Part shown: piece after piece, positions 8,083 through 16,017 of the stretch
Layout: every line of letters starts with the position of its first letter
Numbering within the stretch: position 1 is the stretch's first letter
Origin: Candidatus Nitrospira inopinata
GTDB lineage: Bacteria > Nitrospirota > Nitrospiria > Nitrospirales > Nitrospiraceae
Length of the DNA stretch: 32,000 nucleotides
Assembly: GCF_001458695.1 (NCBI RefSeq)
Contig: NZ_LN885086.1
Coordinates: 450,001-482,000 of the forward strand
Reading direction: 5' to 3'
Made by a program: the position numbers and the translations under genes
Notes under the pieces: model-generated
Database searches by the model: none
The model's input: the letters and a program-made list of their open reading frames with translations, nothing else
What the model was told of the DNA's origin: nothing

Positions 8083-9636
8083 TTAATCACGTCCCGGCTG
8101 CTTGTACCCATTCATCCCCGCCGCAGTCAGAGGGTTTCCATACTTGACCAACACGGTGTCCGCCACCGGTTTCGACAAGGCTCCTATAGCCCAGAGGAGG
8201 CCGCCGCGTGCCACGGCATAGTCGGCTTGCGCCCGATACAATTTATAGGCTGTGTCCACAGCGTTGCGTTCCCGCAAGTTGACAAAGAGAATGCTTGACA
8301 GCCCCAGATCGAACCGCTTGCGCTCGCCCTCCTCCAATTCCTTGGCCAACCGGTATGATTCTGTAGCGGCTCTAACCCTGTCCCTGGCTCGCACGATCGC
8401 CGAGAGCCAATTGTCCACATCGAAGCTGACTTGCTGCTCGGTATATTGCTGCTTCAAGGCCAATTGCGCCAATCCCACCTCTGCTCCCATGACCTTCCCG
8501 CGGCCCTCCCGCTGGAACAGCGGCATTTCGAAATGAAGCCCGGTCCGGTAGCCGACTCCTACAATCCAGTCTGTAGCACCCTCGGTTGGCCCTCCTTCGA
8601 GGACCAATTTCGGCAGCAGTTTGTTTTTGGCCAGCTTGAGATCGATGTTGTTCATCTTGGCTTCAATGTACAGGGCCCGCACCTCCGGCCGATCTTCCTT
8701 CGCCTCCACTTTATAGGCTGCAATCTCTTCCTCGGTCGGCAGCGGCGTTTCGCCCTGAAATTCAGGCGCCCACTCCGGTCTCGGCGTCACAGGCTCGCCG
8801 TTCTCCCAGAGAAACAGCGACAATTTGTACTGCTCAAGCTCCATCTTCCGTTGCGCGGCTATGGCCGCCTCCCGCCGGCGTTGAACTTCCTGACCGATCT
8901 CGACCACATCGAGCGGCGACACCTTGCCCGCCTTGGCCTGCCCCTCAATCTGTTGATATCGAGCTTCGGCCACCGCCAGCGCCTGCTTCTGAACCTCCGC
9001 CTGCTTGACCGCCACCTGCCAATCCCAGTATTGGACGGCCCCCGCCAGATAGAGATCCTGCCGTTTCTGGGCCACCTTCACCTCCGCGAGCGGCCCAGCC
9101 AGTTCGGCCTGCTGGAACTCAGCGTTCTCTTCGTTGATGATCAAGCCACGCAAAAGTTGGAACGATCCGCCGAGAATAAGTTGCTGCTGAGGATAGAACA
9201 GTTGGAGATCGGGGATAATAGCAATAAAATTCTGGTTACCTCGATCCCCCATTCCATTTCGAATCCCGCCAACAACCTGGAACCCCCAGGGATGCCCCAC
9301 CTGGATTTTGGTGTCGTTAAATCCCCCAGTGTGGATCTTCGGTAAGAAGGGAGATGTCGTGAGATTCCACGTTTCATACCGTTCAATCTCTGTAATATTC
9401 TTGAGCGTGGGCTCCCAGGCTCCGAGCGCTTTCAGAACCTTCGCGCGAGCCTTCATTCGCTCGGCTCCGGTCGCCTGAAGCAGGGGGTGGGTCAACTCGA
9501 TTCTGGCGAAGACTTCTTCAATCGTGAGAGGAGCGGTGCGGGTGGCCTGATTCTGCGCGGTCCTCGAATCGCTTACCGGTTCCGCCAGTGCGATCATCGG
9601 CGTCGAGATGAGCACGACCAGCAGCAGGGCGATCAC
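8083..9636 (-). CDS. TolC-family outer-membrane channel protein, paralog 3
   Basis: The tracked ORF runs to 9801, but the first 55 codons are basic and low-complexity. A GTG at 9636 lies 7 nt after AAAGGAG and gives (M)IALLLVVLISTPMIALA/EPV, matching the other two paralogs. This start leaves a normal divergent intergenic region with the LysR gene. Confidence 0.8.
   Translation of the reverse strand: MIALLLVVLISTPMIALAEPVSDSRTAQNQATRTAPLTIEEVFARIELTHPLLQATGAERMKARAKVLKALGAWEPTLKNITEIERYETWNLTTSPFLPKIHTGGFNDTKIQVGHPWGFQVVGGIRNGMGDRGNQNFIAIIPDLQLFYPQQQLILGGSFQLLRGLIINEENAEFQQAELAGPLAEVKVAQKRQDLYLAGAVQYWDWQVAVKQAEVQKQALAVAEARYQQIEGQAKAGKVSPLDVVEIGQEVQRRREAAIAAQRKMELEQYKLSLFLWENGEPVTPRPEWAPEFQGETPLPTEEEIAAYKVEAKEDRPEVRALYIEAKMNNIDLKLAKNKLLPKLVLEGGPTEGATDWIVGVGYRTGLHFEMPLFQREGRGKVMGAEVGLAQLALKQQYTEQQVSFDVDNWLSAIVRARDRVRAATESYRLAKELEEGERKRFDLGLSSILFVNLRERNAVDTAYKLYRAQADYAVARGGLLWAIGALSKPVADTVLVKYGNPLTAAGMNGYKQPGRD
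8636..8952 (-). repeat. 317-bp tract in TolC paralog 3, 316/317 identical to 7045-7361
   Basis: Partner of the 7045-7361 tract. It encodes the shared peptide ...GQAKAGKVSPLDVVEIGQEVQRRREAAIAAQRK.ELEQYKLSLFLWENGEPVTPRPEWAPEFQGETPLPTEEEIAAYKVEAKEDRPEVRALYIEAKMNNIDLK... Confidence 0.9.
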
Positions 9637-9787
9637 GAGGATGCTCCTTTCGTATGTATGTCGCGTGTGTCTCTGGCGCGGCGGGAGAGTAGCAATCACG
9701 GCCCTTTTATGAAAAATAGATAAAACGGATTGGAATCTTCGTGAAAGACGATGTATAGTGGATGCGCCACTTTTCGACGCAAACCGT

Positions 9788-10684
9788 ATGGAATGGCTCA
9801 ACTATCACCATTTGCTGTACTTTTGGTCCGTCGCCAAGCACGGCACGGTCGCTAAGGCTTGCGAGGAGCTTCGCCTCGCTCAGCCGACCATCAGCGGACA
9901 GATCCGGCTCCTGGAACAATCCTTGGGGGAAAAATTGTTCGTGCGCACGGGACGCCGACTCGCGTTGACCGAGATGGGACACGTGGTGTTCGGATACGCG
10001 GAAGCCATCTTCGCCATGGGGCAAGAGTTGCTGAACACGGTGAAAGGACGTGCGGAGGGGCACCAGGCACGCCTGGTCGTCGGCATCGCCGACGTCGTGC
10101 CCAAACCGCTGGCGAATCATCTTCTCCGAGCGGGACTAAACTTGGATCAGCCCATGCACTTGGTTTGCCAAGAGGACAAACTGCATCGGCTCCTGGCCGA
10201 CTTGACGATGCACCGATACGACCTTGTCATCTCCGACACGCCCGCGCCGCCGAACTTCAAGGTGCACGCCTACAGCCACCCCATCGGCGAATCGGGGGTG
10301 ACGTTCTTCGGCACGTCGAAATTGGCATCGCTTTATCGGCGTGAGTTTCCTCGGTCACTGCACGGCGCCCCGATGCTCCTGCCTACCGCCGATGCAGCCC
10401 TTCGCCGATCGATCGATCAATGGTTGGTCCACCACCGCCTCCACCCCACCATCGTGGGCGAGTTCGACGACAGCGCGACGCTCAAGGCCTTTGGGCAGGA
10501 GGGATTCGGCATTTTCCCCGGCGTGACCGCAATGGAAAAGGAAATCTGCCGCCAATATAGGGTCTCGGCCATCGGCAAGCTGGATTCCGTCAAACAGCAC
10601 TTTTATGCGATCACCGTCGAGCGCCGTCTCAAACATCCGGCGGTGCTGGCGATCGTCCAAGCGGCCCGACGGGAGCTGGACTGA
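9788..10684 (+). CDS. LysR-family transcriptional regulator, NhaR-like
   Basis: The tracked ORF starts at 9758. The ATG at 9788 gives MEWLNYHHLLYFWSVAKHGTVAKACEELRLAQPTISGQIRLLEQSLGEKLF. That closely parallels the E. coli NhaR N-terminus (INYNHLYYFWHV...QTITGQIRALEE..GKLF) and the later GEFDDSA.LKAFG and HPAV motifs. It is divergent from the TolC/ABC/HlyD operon. Confidence 0.85.
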   Translation: MEWLNYHHLLYFWSVAKHGTVAKACEELRLAQPTISGQIRLLEQSLGEKLFVRTGRRLALTEMGHVVFGYAEAIFAMGQELLNTVKGRAEGHQARLVVGIADVVPKPLANHLLRAGLNLDQPMHLVCQEDKLHRLLADLTMHRYDLVISDTPAPPNFKVHAYSHPIGESGVTFFGTSKLASLYRREFPRSLHGAPMLLPTADAALRRSIDQWLVHHRLHPTIVGEFDDSATLKAFGQEGFGIFPGVTAMEKEICRQYRVSAIGKLDSVKQHFYAITVERRLKHPAVLAIVQAARRELD

Positions 10685-10729
10685 GACTCCTCCTTCGCCG
10701 AGCCTTCTTGCTCCTTCACGCTCGTTTCC

Positions 10730-11452
10730 TCACGACACATGGAACTCATGCCGCCCCACGGCCTCCAGCAGCTTCCCTCGCTCCTGAGCGGTCAATTCTC
10801 GCCATTCTCCCGCGCCAAGCCCATCAATGGTGACGTGCATGATTCGCACGCGGTGAAGGCTCACGACCCGGTAGCCCAACGCCGCACACATCCGCCTGAT
10901 CTGACGATTGCGCCCCTCCGTGAGAATGATTCGAAACCGCTTTGGTCCGACACGGGAAATCTTGCACGGTTTCGTCATGGCTCCAAGCACTTCCACGCCC
11001 GCGGCCATTTGATCCAGAAACCGTCGATCGAACGGGCGATCCACCTCGACGACATATTCCCGTTCGTGTCCAAACTCAGTGCGAAGGATTTCATTGACGA
11101 TGTCTCCGTCGTTCGTCAGCAGAATCAACCCGGAGGAATCTTTGTCCAACCGTCCGATCGGGAAAATCCGCTCCGGATAGCCGATTTCCGCAATGATGTT
11201 GCGATAGACGTACGGCTCGCTGGTGGTCGTCACCCCCACCGGCTTGTGGTATTTGATATACACGGGCGCCTTTCCCCAGGGGATCACCTGTCCCTCACGG
11301 GCGATCACATCCGAGCGACTCACCCGATCGCCGAGCTTGGCCACGCGTCCGTTGATCGTAACGGCTCCCGATTCAATCAGACGGTCCGCCTCACGCCGGG
11401 AACAGATCCCCTGCTCGGTGAAAAACTTGTTGATGCGGATGAAAGCGGTCAC
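10730..11452 (-). CDS. RsuA/RluB/RluF-family rRNA pseudouridine synthase with S4 domain
   Basis: 240 aa with a GTG start. The N-terminal S4 RNA-binding motif is RINKFFTEQGICSRREADRLIESGAVTINGR. The catalytic motif is GRLDKDSSGLILLTNDGD, and NRQIRRM follows later. Confidence 0.8.
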   Translation of the reverse strand: MTAFIRINKFFTEQGICSRREADRLIESGAVTINGRVAKLGDRVSRSDVIAREGQVIPWGKAPVYIKYHKPVGVTTTSEPYVYRNIIAEIGYPERIFPIGRLDKDSSGLILLTNDGDIVNEILRTEFGHEREYVVEVDRPFDRRFLDQMAAGVEVLGAMTKPCKISRVGPKRFRIILTEGRNRQIRRMCAALGYRVVSLHRVRIMHVTIDGLGAGEWRELTAQERGKLLEAVGRHEFHVS

Positions 11453-11481
11453 AGGCGACCCGTCGACAACTGTGCAAGAGC

Positions 11482-12432
11482 TTACAAGGCGGGAGATGAC
11501 TCGCGAACAAGCTTTGCGGCCTTGATGCGGCCGAGCATGCGATAGATCAACCGAGCCACCGAAAACTGGGGGGCCACAAACCCGTCAATAGGGGTCATTT
11601 CACTTACGTCCATCCCCACGATACCGGGGCCTCCGGCGAGGGCGGCGACCAGATTCAGCGTGTCGTACCAGCCCAACCCGCCCGGCTCGGGAGTGCCCAG
11701 CGCGGGAACGATGGAAGGATCAAGCCCATCGCAGTCGAACGTAAGATACACCGGGCCGTTGCAAGCGGCCACGACGTCGGGAATCCATCGGGAGGCCTGC
11801 CCGCCGTAGGGGCCGGAGGGATCCAAGAGGCTTGCGGCGAAAAACGTGGTGATCCGGTCCGTCGCCTTCATTCGAATCATCTCTTCCCCGCTGATCGACC
11901 GTATGCCGACCTGGACCAACGGATGCCCGTCCTCCACCACCCTGGCCATGACGCTGGCGTGGCTGAACGGGTTGCCTTGGTAGGCCTCGCGCAGATCGCC
12001 GTGCGCGTCAATCTGCACGACGCACATGTTCGGATGGCGCCGGGCGTGGGCGCGGATGGCTCCCAATGCGCCGGTATGTTCCCCGGTCAACGTCACGAGA
12101 AATCGCCCGGCCTCGACGTGCGGACGAACGAACTGCTCGATGGCGGCGACGGCGGCCCGATCTACTTCGCCTTTCAGATCCAGAGCCGACGCCGTGGCAA
12201 TACCGCCCCACTCACGAAAGGGTTCACATTCAAGTTGCTCATCATACAGCTCGACCTGGCGGGATGCTTCAAGAATGGCGGAGGGGCCGTGATCCGATCC
12301 TCGGACATAGCTGGACGTATGTTCGTACGGAACCGGCAGGACGTAGACACCGGCCCGATCCGGATGGCACCACGGTTCTTCGAGGCCGAGAAAATTGTGC
12401 TCCGGCCCTTCCCATCCGGCTGGCAACGTCAT
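11482..12432 (-). CDS. speB: Agmatinase (arginase/ureohydrolase family)
   Basis: The tracked ORF extends to 12753, but its first 107 codons are R/S-rich and overlap the pdaD coding region. The ATG at 12432 gives MTLPAGWEGPEHNFLGLEEP... The Mn-binding ureohydrolase motifs are present: GGEHT-like (LTGEHTGALG), QIDAHGDL and FDCDGLDPS. Confidence 0.85.
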   Translation of the reverse strand: MTLPAGWEGPEHNFLGLEEPWCHPDRAGVYVLPVPYEHTSSYVRGSDHGPSAILEASRQVELYDEQLECEPFREWGGIATASALDLKGEVDRAAVAAIEQFVRPHVEAGRFLVTLTGEHTGALGAIRAHARRHPNMCVVQIDAHGDLREAYQGNPFSHASVMARVVEDGHPLVQVGIRSISGEEMIRMKATDRITTFFAASLLDPSGPYGGQASRWIPDVVAACNGPVYLTFDCDGLDPSIVPALGTPEPGGLGWYDTLNLVAALAGGPGIVGMDVSEMTPIDGFVAPQFSVARLIYRMLGRIKAAKLVRESSPAL

Positions 12433-12490
12433 GGCATGCGTCCTTATTATCAAGCCCTGGTCAAACTGAAGCGTCAGAACGGCGCGCCCG

Positions 12491-13060
12491 CTATCGGCGA
12501 TACCGCTTGGCCACGTTCTCGCCCGGAATGAAGACCGCGAGCGCGATGACCGTCGTCCACTTGCCGGCCTTGCCGATCGCCGACTGAGTGATGTTCGACG
12601 TTTTGACGATTTTGCCGCCCATCTTAAACACTTGCTCGCGCTCCTTCCAGGCGACGTTGGGATCAAATTCCAACCCCAGCGTAGTGGCCAACATCTGAGC
12701 CGCGAGATCTTCCGTGTACTCGCCGGTTTCCTCGTCCGTCTCGCCGTGGGCATGGTGTTCGGACAAGTAGCCGTAGCTGTTCCGGTCCGTCGGTTTCGCC
12801 AGACCGACCGAGGCCGAAATCAACCGATTCCGTTCGTTGGTTTCGGAACGGGCCATCACGCAGAACGTGATTTCCCCGGGACTCAACAGTTTCTCCCCCC
12901 GATTCCGCGAGATGATTTTGCAATTGGGCGGCAAAATGGACGACACGCTGACGAGATTGCAGTAGGCAACCCCCGCGCTTCGCAACGCCTCCTCGAAAGA
13001 GGCCAGTTTCTCCTTGTGCACGCCCACTCCTCTCGTCAAAAACATGTGCGTCGGTACCAT
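12491..13060 (-). CDS. pdaD: Pyruvoyl-dependent arginine decarboxylase (PdaD family)
   Basis: 189 aa with an ATG preceded by GGGAG. The pattern [24 protein letters not shown] matches the PdaD self-cleavage region (the Ser-Ser site that generates the pyruvoyl group). It sits immediately upstream of agmatinase. Confidence 0.75.
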   Translation of the reverse strand: MVPTHMFLTRGVGVHKEKLASFEEALRSAGVAYCNLVSVSSILPPNCKIISRNRGEKLLSPGEITFCVMARSETNERNRLISASVGLAKPTDRNSYGYLSEHHAHGETDEETGEYTEDLAAQMLATTLGLEFDPNVAWKEREQVFKMGGKIVKTSNITQSAIGKAGKWTTVIALAVFIPGENVAKRYRR

Positions 13061-13233
13061 GTGTGCTCCCTCTCTTGGTGATTGAGTCGCCCGGGCTTTC
13101 GAGCTGTCGGCGGGGCTTGCGCGGATCTCCGGCCCTCAGTCATCCGAATCAGAATCGGTTCCCGTACAAAGCGTGCTCTTGTATCAAGATTGATTCCGCT
13201 TCGCAATATCCTGAAACAATTTTTACAATTTTC

Positions 13234-14676
13234 TTAGGCCGAAGGGTCCGGGGCCTGGGCATTCACGATCAGCAGCTTCGGCTCCGTCATCTCTTCAATG
13301 GCGGCCCGCACGCCCTCGCGTCCCAACCCGGAATCCTTGACGCCGCCGTACGGCATATGGTCGGAACGGAACGTCGGGATTTCGTTGGCAAGCACGGCTC
13401 CGACTTCCAGATGGCGAAACGCATAAAAGACTTTGTTGATATCCCGCGTAAACACGCCGGCCTGGAGCCCGTAGTCCGATTGATTGAGCATGGCGATCGC
13501 CTCGCCGAACCGGCTGTACGGCGTCACCGTCACCACGGGGCCGAACACCTCCTGACAGGACACTTTCATGTCCGGTTTCACGTCCGACAAGACGGTCGCC
13601 TCGATCACCGATCCCATCCGTTTCCCCCCCAGCAACACACGGGCCCCTTCCGCCACGGCTTCATTGATCCAGCTTTCGACGCGATGGGCTGCGGCGTGAT
13701 CGATCAACGGCCCGATGGTCGTCGTGTCGTCCGTGGGGTCTCCGGCCTTCAACCTCGCGACGTGCATGAGCAACTTCGTCGTAAATGGATCCGCCACCGC
13801 CTGATGCACGAACACCCGCTGGACGGAAATGCAAGTCTGCCCCGCGTAACCGAACCCGCCGGCGGCGCATCGCCGGGCCGCCAAATCAAGATCGGCGTCC
13901 GGTTCGACGATCACCCCCGCATTGCCTCCCAGTTCCAACACGACCTTCTTTTTGCCGCACTTCGCCTTGAGCATCCAGCCCACCGCAGCGCTGCCGGTAA
14001 AACTCAGGAGCTTAAACCGAGGATCAACGACCAACCGCTCCGCCAACAGGTTGTCGCAGGGCACGACGTTGAGCCCGCCGGGGGGGAGCCCGGCTTGCAA
14101 GGCGATTTCCCCCAGCAACAACGCGGTGAGCGGCGTTTGGGGAGCCGGTTTGATGAGAATCGGATTGCCCGCGGCCAACGCCGGCGCCACCTTGTGAGCG
14201 ACCAAGTTGAGTGGAAAATTAAACGGCGTGATGCCGAGAACGGGCCCGATGGGAAACCGCCTGAGGATACCCACGTGGGCATCGGACCCCGGTGTCCAAT
14301 CCAAGGGAACGACTTCGCCGGCGATTCGTCGGGATTCCTCGGCCGCCACCGTAAAGGTTTGCACCGCCCGATCAACTTCCCGTTTGGCGTCCGTGATCGG
14401 TTTGCCCGCTTCGGCGGTGATCGTGGAGGCGATTTCATCCCGGCGTTGAGAAAGGAGGGCGGCGATCTGTTGCAGGATCTTATACCGGGCGTGTCCCGGC
14501 ATACCCGCCATCACGGGCGCGGCTTCAACCGTGGAGGCGATCGCCTCTTCGAGATCGTTCTCCGAAGCTTGGGAGACGGTGGCGACGGTCCGGCCGGTAA
14601 ATGGATCAATGACCGTTGTCGTTCGATCGCTTTGCTTCCATTGGCCGTGAAGGAGAAAGGGGCGCGATTGCTGCAC
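13234..14676 (-). CDS. NAD(P)+-dependent aldehyde dehydrogenase
   Basis: 480 aa with a GTG start. ALDH hallmarks are present: VVLELGGNAG (catalytic Glu motif), GYAGQTCISVQRVFV (catalytic Cys motif), FTGSAAVG, and EEVFGPV-like (QEVFGPVV). Confidence 0.85.
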   Translation of the reverse strand: MQQSRPFLLHGQWKQSDRTTTVIDPFTGRTVATVSQASENDLEEAIASTVEAAPVMAGMPGHARYKILQQIAALLSQRRDEIASTITAEAGKPITDAKREVDRAVQTFTVAAEESRRIAGEVVPLDWTPGSDAHVGILRRFPIGPVLGITPFNFPLNLVAHKVAPALAAGNPILIKPAPQTPLTALLLGEIALQAGLPPGGLNVVPCDNLLAERLVVDPRFKLLSFTGSAAVGWMLKAKCGKKKVVLELGGNAGVIVEPDADLDLAARRCAAGGFGYAGQTCISVQRVFVHQAVADPFTTKLLMHVARLKAGDPTDDTTTIGPLIDHAAAHRVESWINEAVAEGARVLLGGKRMGSVIEATVLSDVKPDMKVSCQEVFGPVVTVTPYSRFGEAIAMLNQSDYGLQAGVFTRDINKVFYAFRHLEVGAVLANEIPTFRSDHMPYGGVKDSGLGREGVRAAIEEMTEPKLLIVNAQAPDPSA

Positions 14677-14700
14677 GAGATACCTGCGAGCAGTGACCTG

Positions 14701-14973
14701 CTAGTCCGCCGCTTCGACCGGGGCCGAGGATTCGACAGGGGGTTCCGACGTCGCCGACTCTTGCTGCGCCGCAACGGCCTTGGCGATCAACTCTTCCGTT
14801 CCCCAATCGCGAATGGCCTCGAGAGAAAACCCCTCATAGGTCGAAACTCCGTGACACGATGGGCAATCGGGCATAGGAACTTTTCGATAGAAAACCTCTC
14901 CCAGACAGGACATGCAGACCCAAAAATCATCGTCACGATGGGAAACCGGCCAGAACAACTGTGGTGATGCCAT
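14701..14973 (-). CDS. Small hypothetical protein with a CxxC...CPxC zinc-ribbon-like motif and an acidic, low-complexity tail
   Basis: 90 aa with an ATG start and AGGA 8 nt upstream. The motif is VCMSC-x14-CPSCH. It ends 24 nt upstream of the ALDH start on the same strand. I recognise no family. Confidence 0.45.
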   Translation of the reverse strand: MASPQLFWPVSHRDDDFWVCMSCLGEVFYRKVPMPDCPSCHGVSTYEGFSLEAIRDWGTEELIAKAVAAQQESATSEPPVESSAPVEAAD

Positions 14974-15110
14974 AAGATATTCCTATCTGGTTACAAACGT
15001 GACCGATGCAACAGAATCCCTCATCACACTCGAACGAAGAAGCGGCCGGGCTGCATGGGCATGGCGTTGCCCTCGTCTTCCGGCACCATCTTTCACGTCC
15101 TTAATTACAT

Positions 15111-15749
15111 CTAACGCACTTTGCCGGCAAGAAGCTGTTCGATCTCCTCCGCAAACATCTCAAAGGGAAACGCCCCCGGAATGGCAATCGCCGGTTCCTT
15201 CTCGTTCGGTTCGCTGTGCGTCCGAAGCAGAATGAACCCCGGCGTCCCTCGGAATCCCCAATTGTTGGCTTCCTGCCGATCTTCGAAAATCGCCTTGGCA
15301 TAGCGTCCGTCTTTGACGCACTGCGCAAAGGCGGCTGCATCCAGCCCGATCGCCGACGCATGGCGGGCATACACGGTCGTGGCGAGTCGCCCTCCTTCTC
15401 CGAACAGACGATCGTGCATCGCCCAATATTTGCCCTGCGCACCGGCGCAGCGGGCCGCCATCGCCGCATCGAAACCAGGCCCCTGATCGGAGCGCGGAAA
15501 GTCTCGGTACAGGAACCTCACTTTGCCGGTATCGACGTAGCGAGCCTGCAAGCGCGGCCAGGTCTCTTTGAAGAACTTGACACAGTACCCGCAGGTGAAG
15601 TCCGAGTATTCGATCAATGTCACCGGCGCGTCGGCCTGCCCCCTGACCCGCACATCCGGCTCAGCGGCAGAGACCGATGCCAGCCCGAAGCAGCCGCACC
15701 ACAAGGCCGTCGCAATCGTCAGCCCCAACCATATCAACCGCCGTCTCAT
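15111..15749 (-). CDS. DsbA/thioredoxin-fold thiol:disulfide oxidoreductase, secreted
   Basis: The tracked ORF starts at 15833. The ATG at 15749 gives a signal peptide, MRRRLIWLGLTIATALWCGCFGLASVSA/AEP. The active-site motif is FTCGYCVKF (CxxC), in a DsbA-like domain of about 180 aa. Confidence 0.7.
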   Translation of the reverse strand: MRRRLIWLGLTIATALWCGCFGLASVSAAEPDVRVRGQADAPVTLIEYSDFTCGYCVKFFKETWPRLQARYVDTGKVRFLYRDFPRSDQGPGFDAAMAARCAGAQGKYWAMHDRLFGEGGRLATTVYARHASAIGLDAAAFAQCVKDGRYAKAIFEDRQEANNWGFRGTPGFILLRTHSEPNEKEPAIAIPGAFPFEMFAEEIEQLLAGKVR

Positions 15750-15972
15750 GAACGTTCCATTATTCCGTCTTCGTGGAGCTCGCGCGGGGCGTGACTCGAA
15801 ACAAAGCGTGGCACGCCACTTTCTTATACACAACCGTTGCCGGAGGCGTCAACGAATCACGCCGTCTAAATTCATGACTCGCAGAAATGGCGCCGCCATG
15901 ACATCGAGCGCGAGAGAACGGAATGAAGCAATCAGTGAGAAACCTATCGGACGGATCAACGAACGAAAAGAG

Positions 15973-16017
15973 AAGGGCCCGGCGAGCATGGCCTTGTGCC
16001 ATGCTCGCCGGGCCCTT
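15973..16017 (-). terminator. Strong hairpin; candidate rho-independent terminator on the minus strand
   Basis: A 20-bp perfect stem pairs AAGGGCCCGGCGAGCATGGC with GCCATGCTCGCCGGGCCCTT, with a 5-nt loop (CTTGT). On the minus strand it is followed by CTCTTTTCGTTCGTT. It lies about 210 nt downstream of the SARP-like stop codon. Confidence 0.55.

Noticed and set aside
6840-9345. Long + strand ORFs (6840-8147, 435 aa; 8431-9345, 304 aa) opposite the TolC paralogs
   Set aside because: They are antisense to strongly supported TolC-family genes. Their R/L/P-rich translations partly repeat only because the sense genes are paralogous. I recognise no domain in either.
9637-9801. N-terminal extensions of TolC paralog 3 (to 9801) and paralog 2 (8058-8111)
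   Set aside because: The extensions are basic and non-conserved. For paralog 2 the extension overlaps the end of the upstream gene. All three paralogs have an RBS-preceded start that gives the same M-I-A-L signal peptide.
12433-12753. 107-codon N-terminal extension of the agmatinase ORF
   Set aside because: The sequence is R/S/K-rich and non-homologous, and it overlaps the 3' part of pdaD in another frame. Ureohydrolase homology begins only after the ATG at 12432.
13063-14967. 634-aa + strand ORF, the longest ORF in this part of the track
   Set aside because: It lies entirely antisense to a well-supported aldehyde dehydrogenase and the small gene next to it. Its product is R/G/P/H-rich low complexity with no recognisable domain. 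It is a typical stop-codon-poor antisense frame in GC-rich coding DNA.
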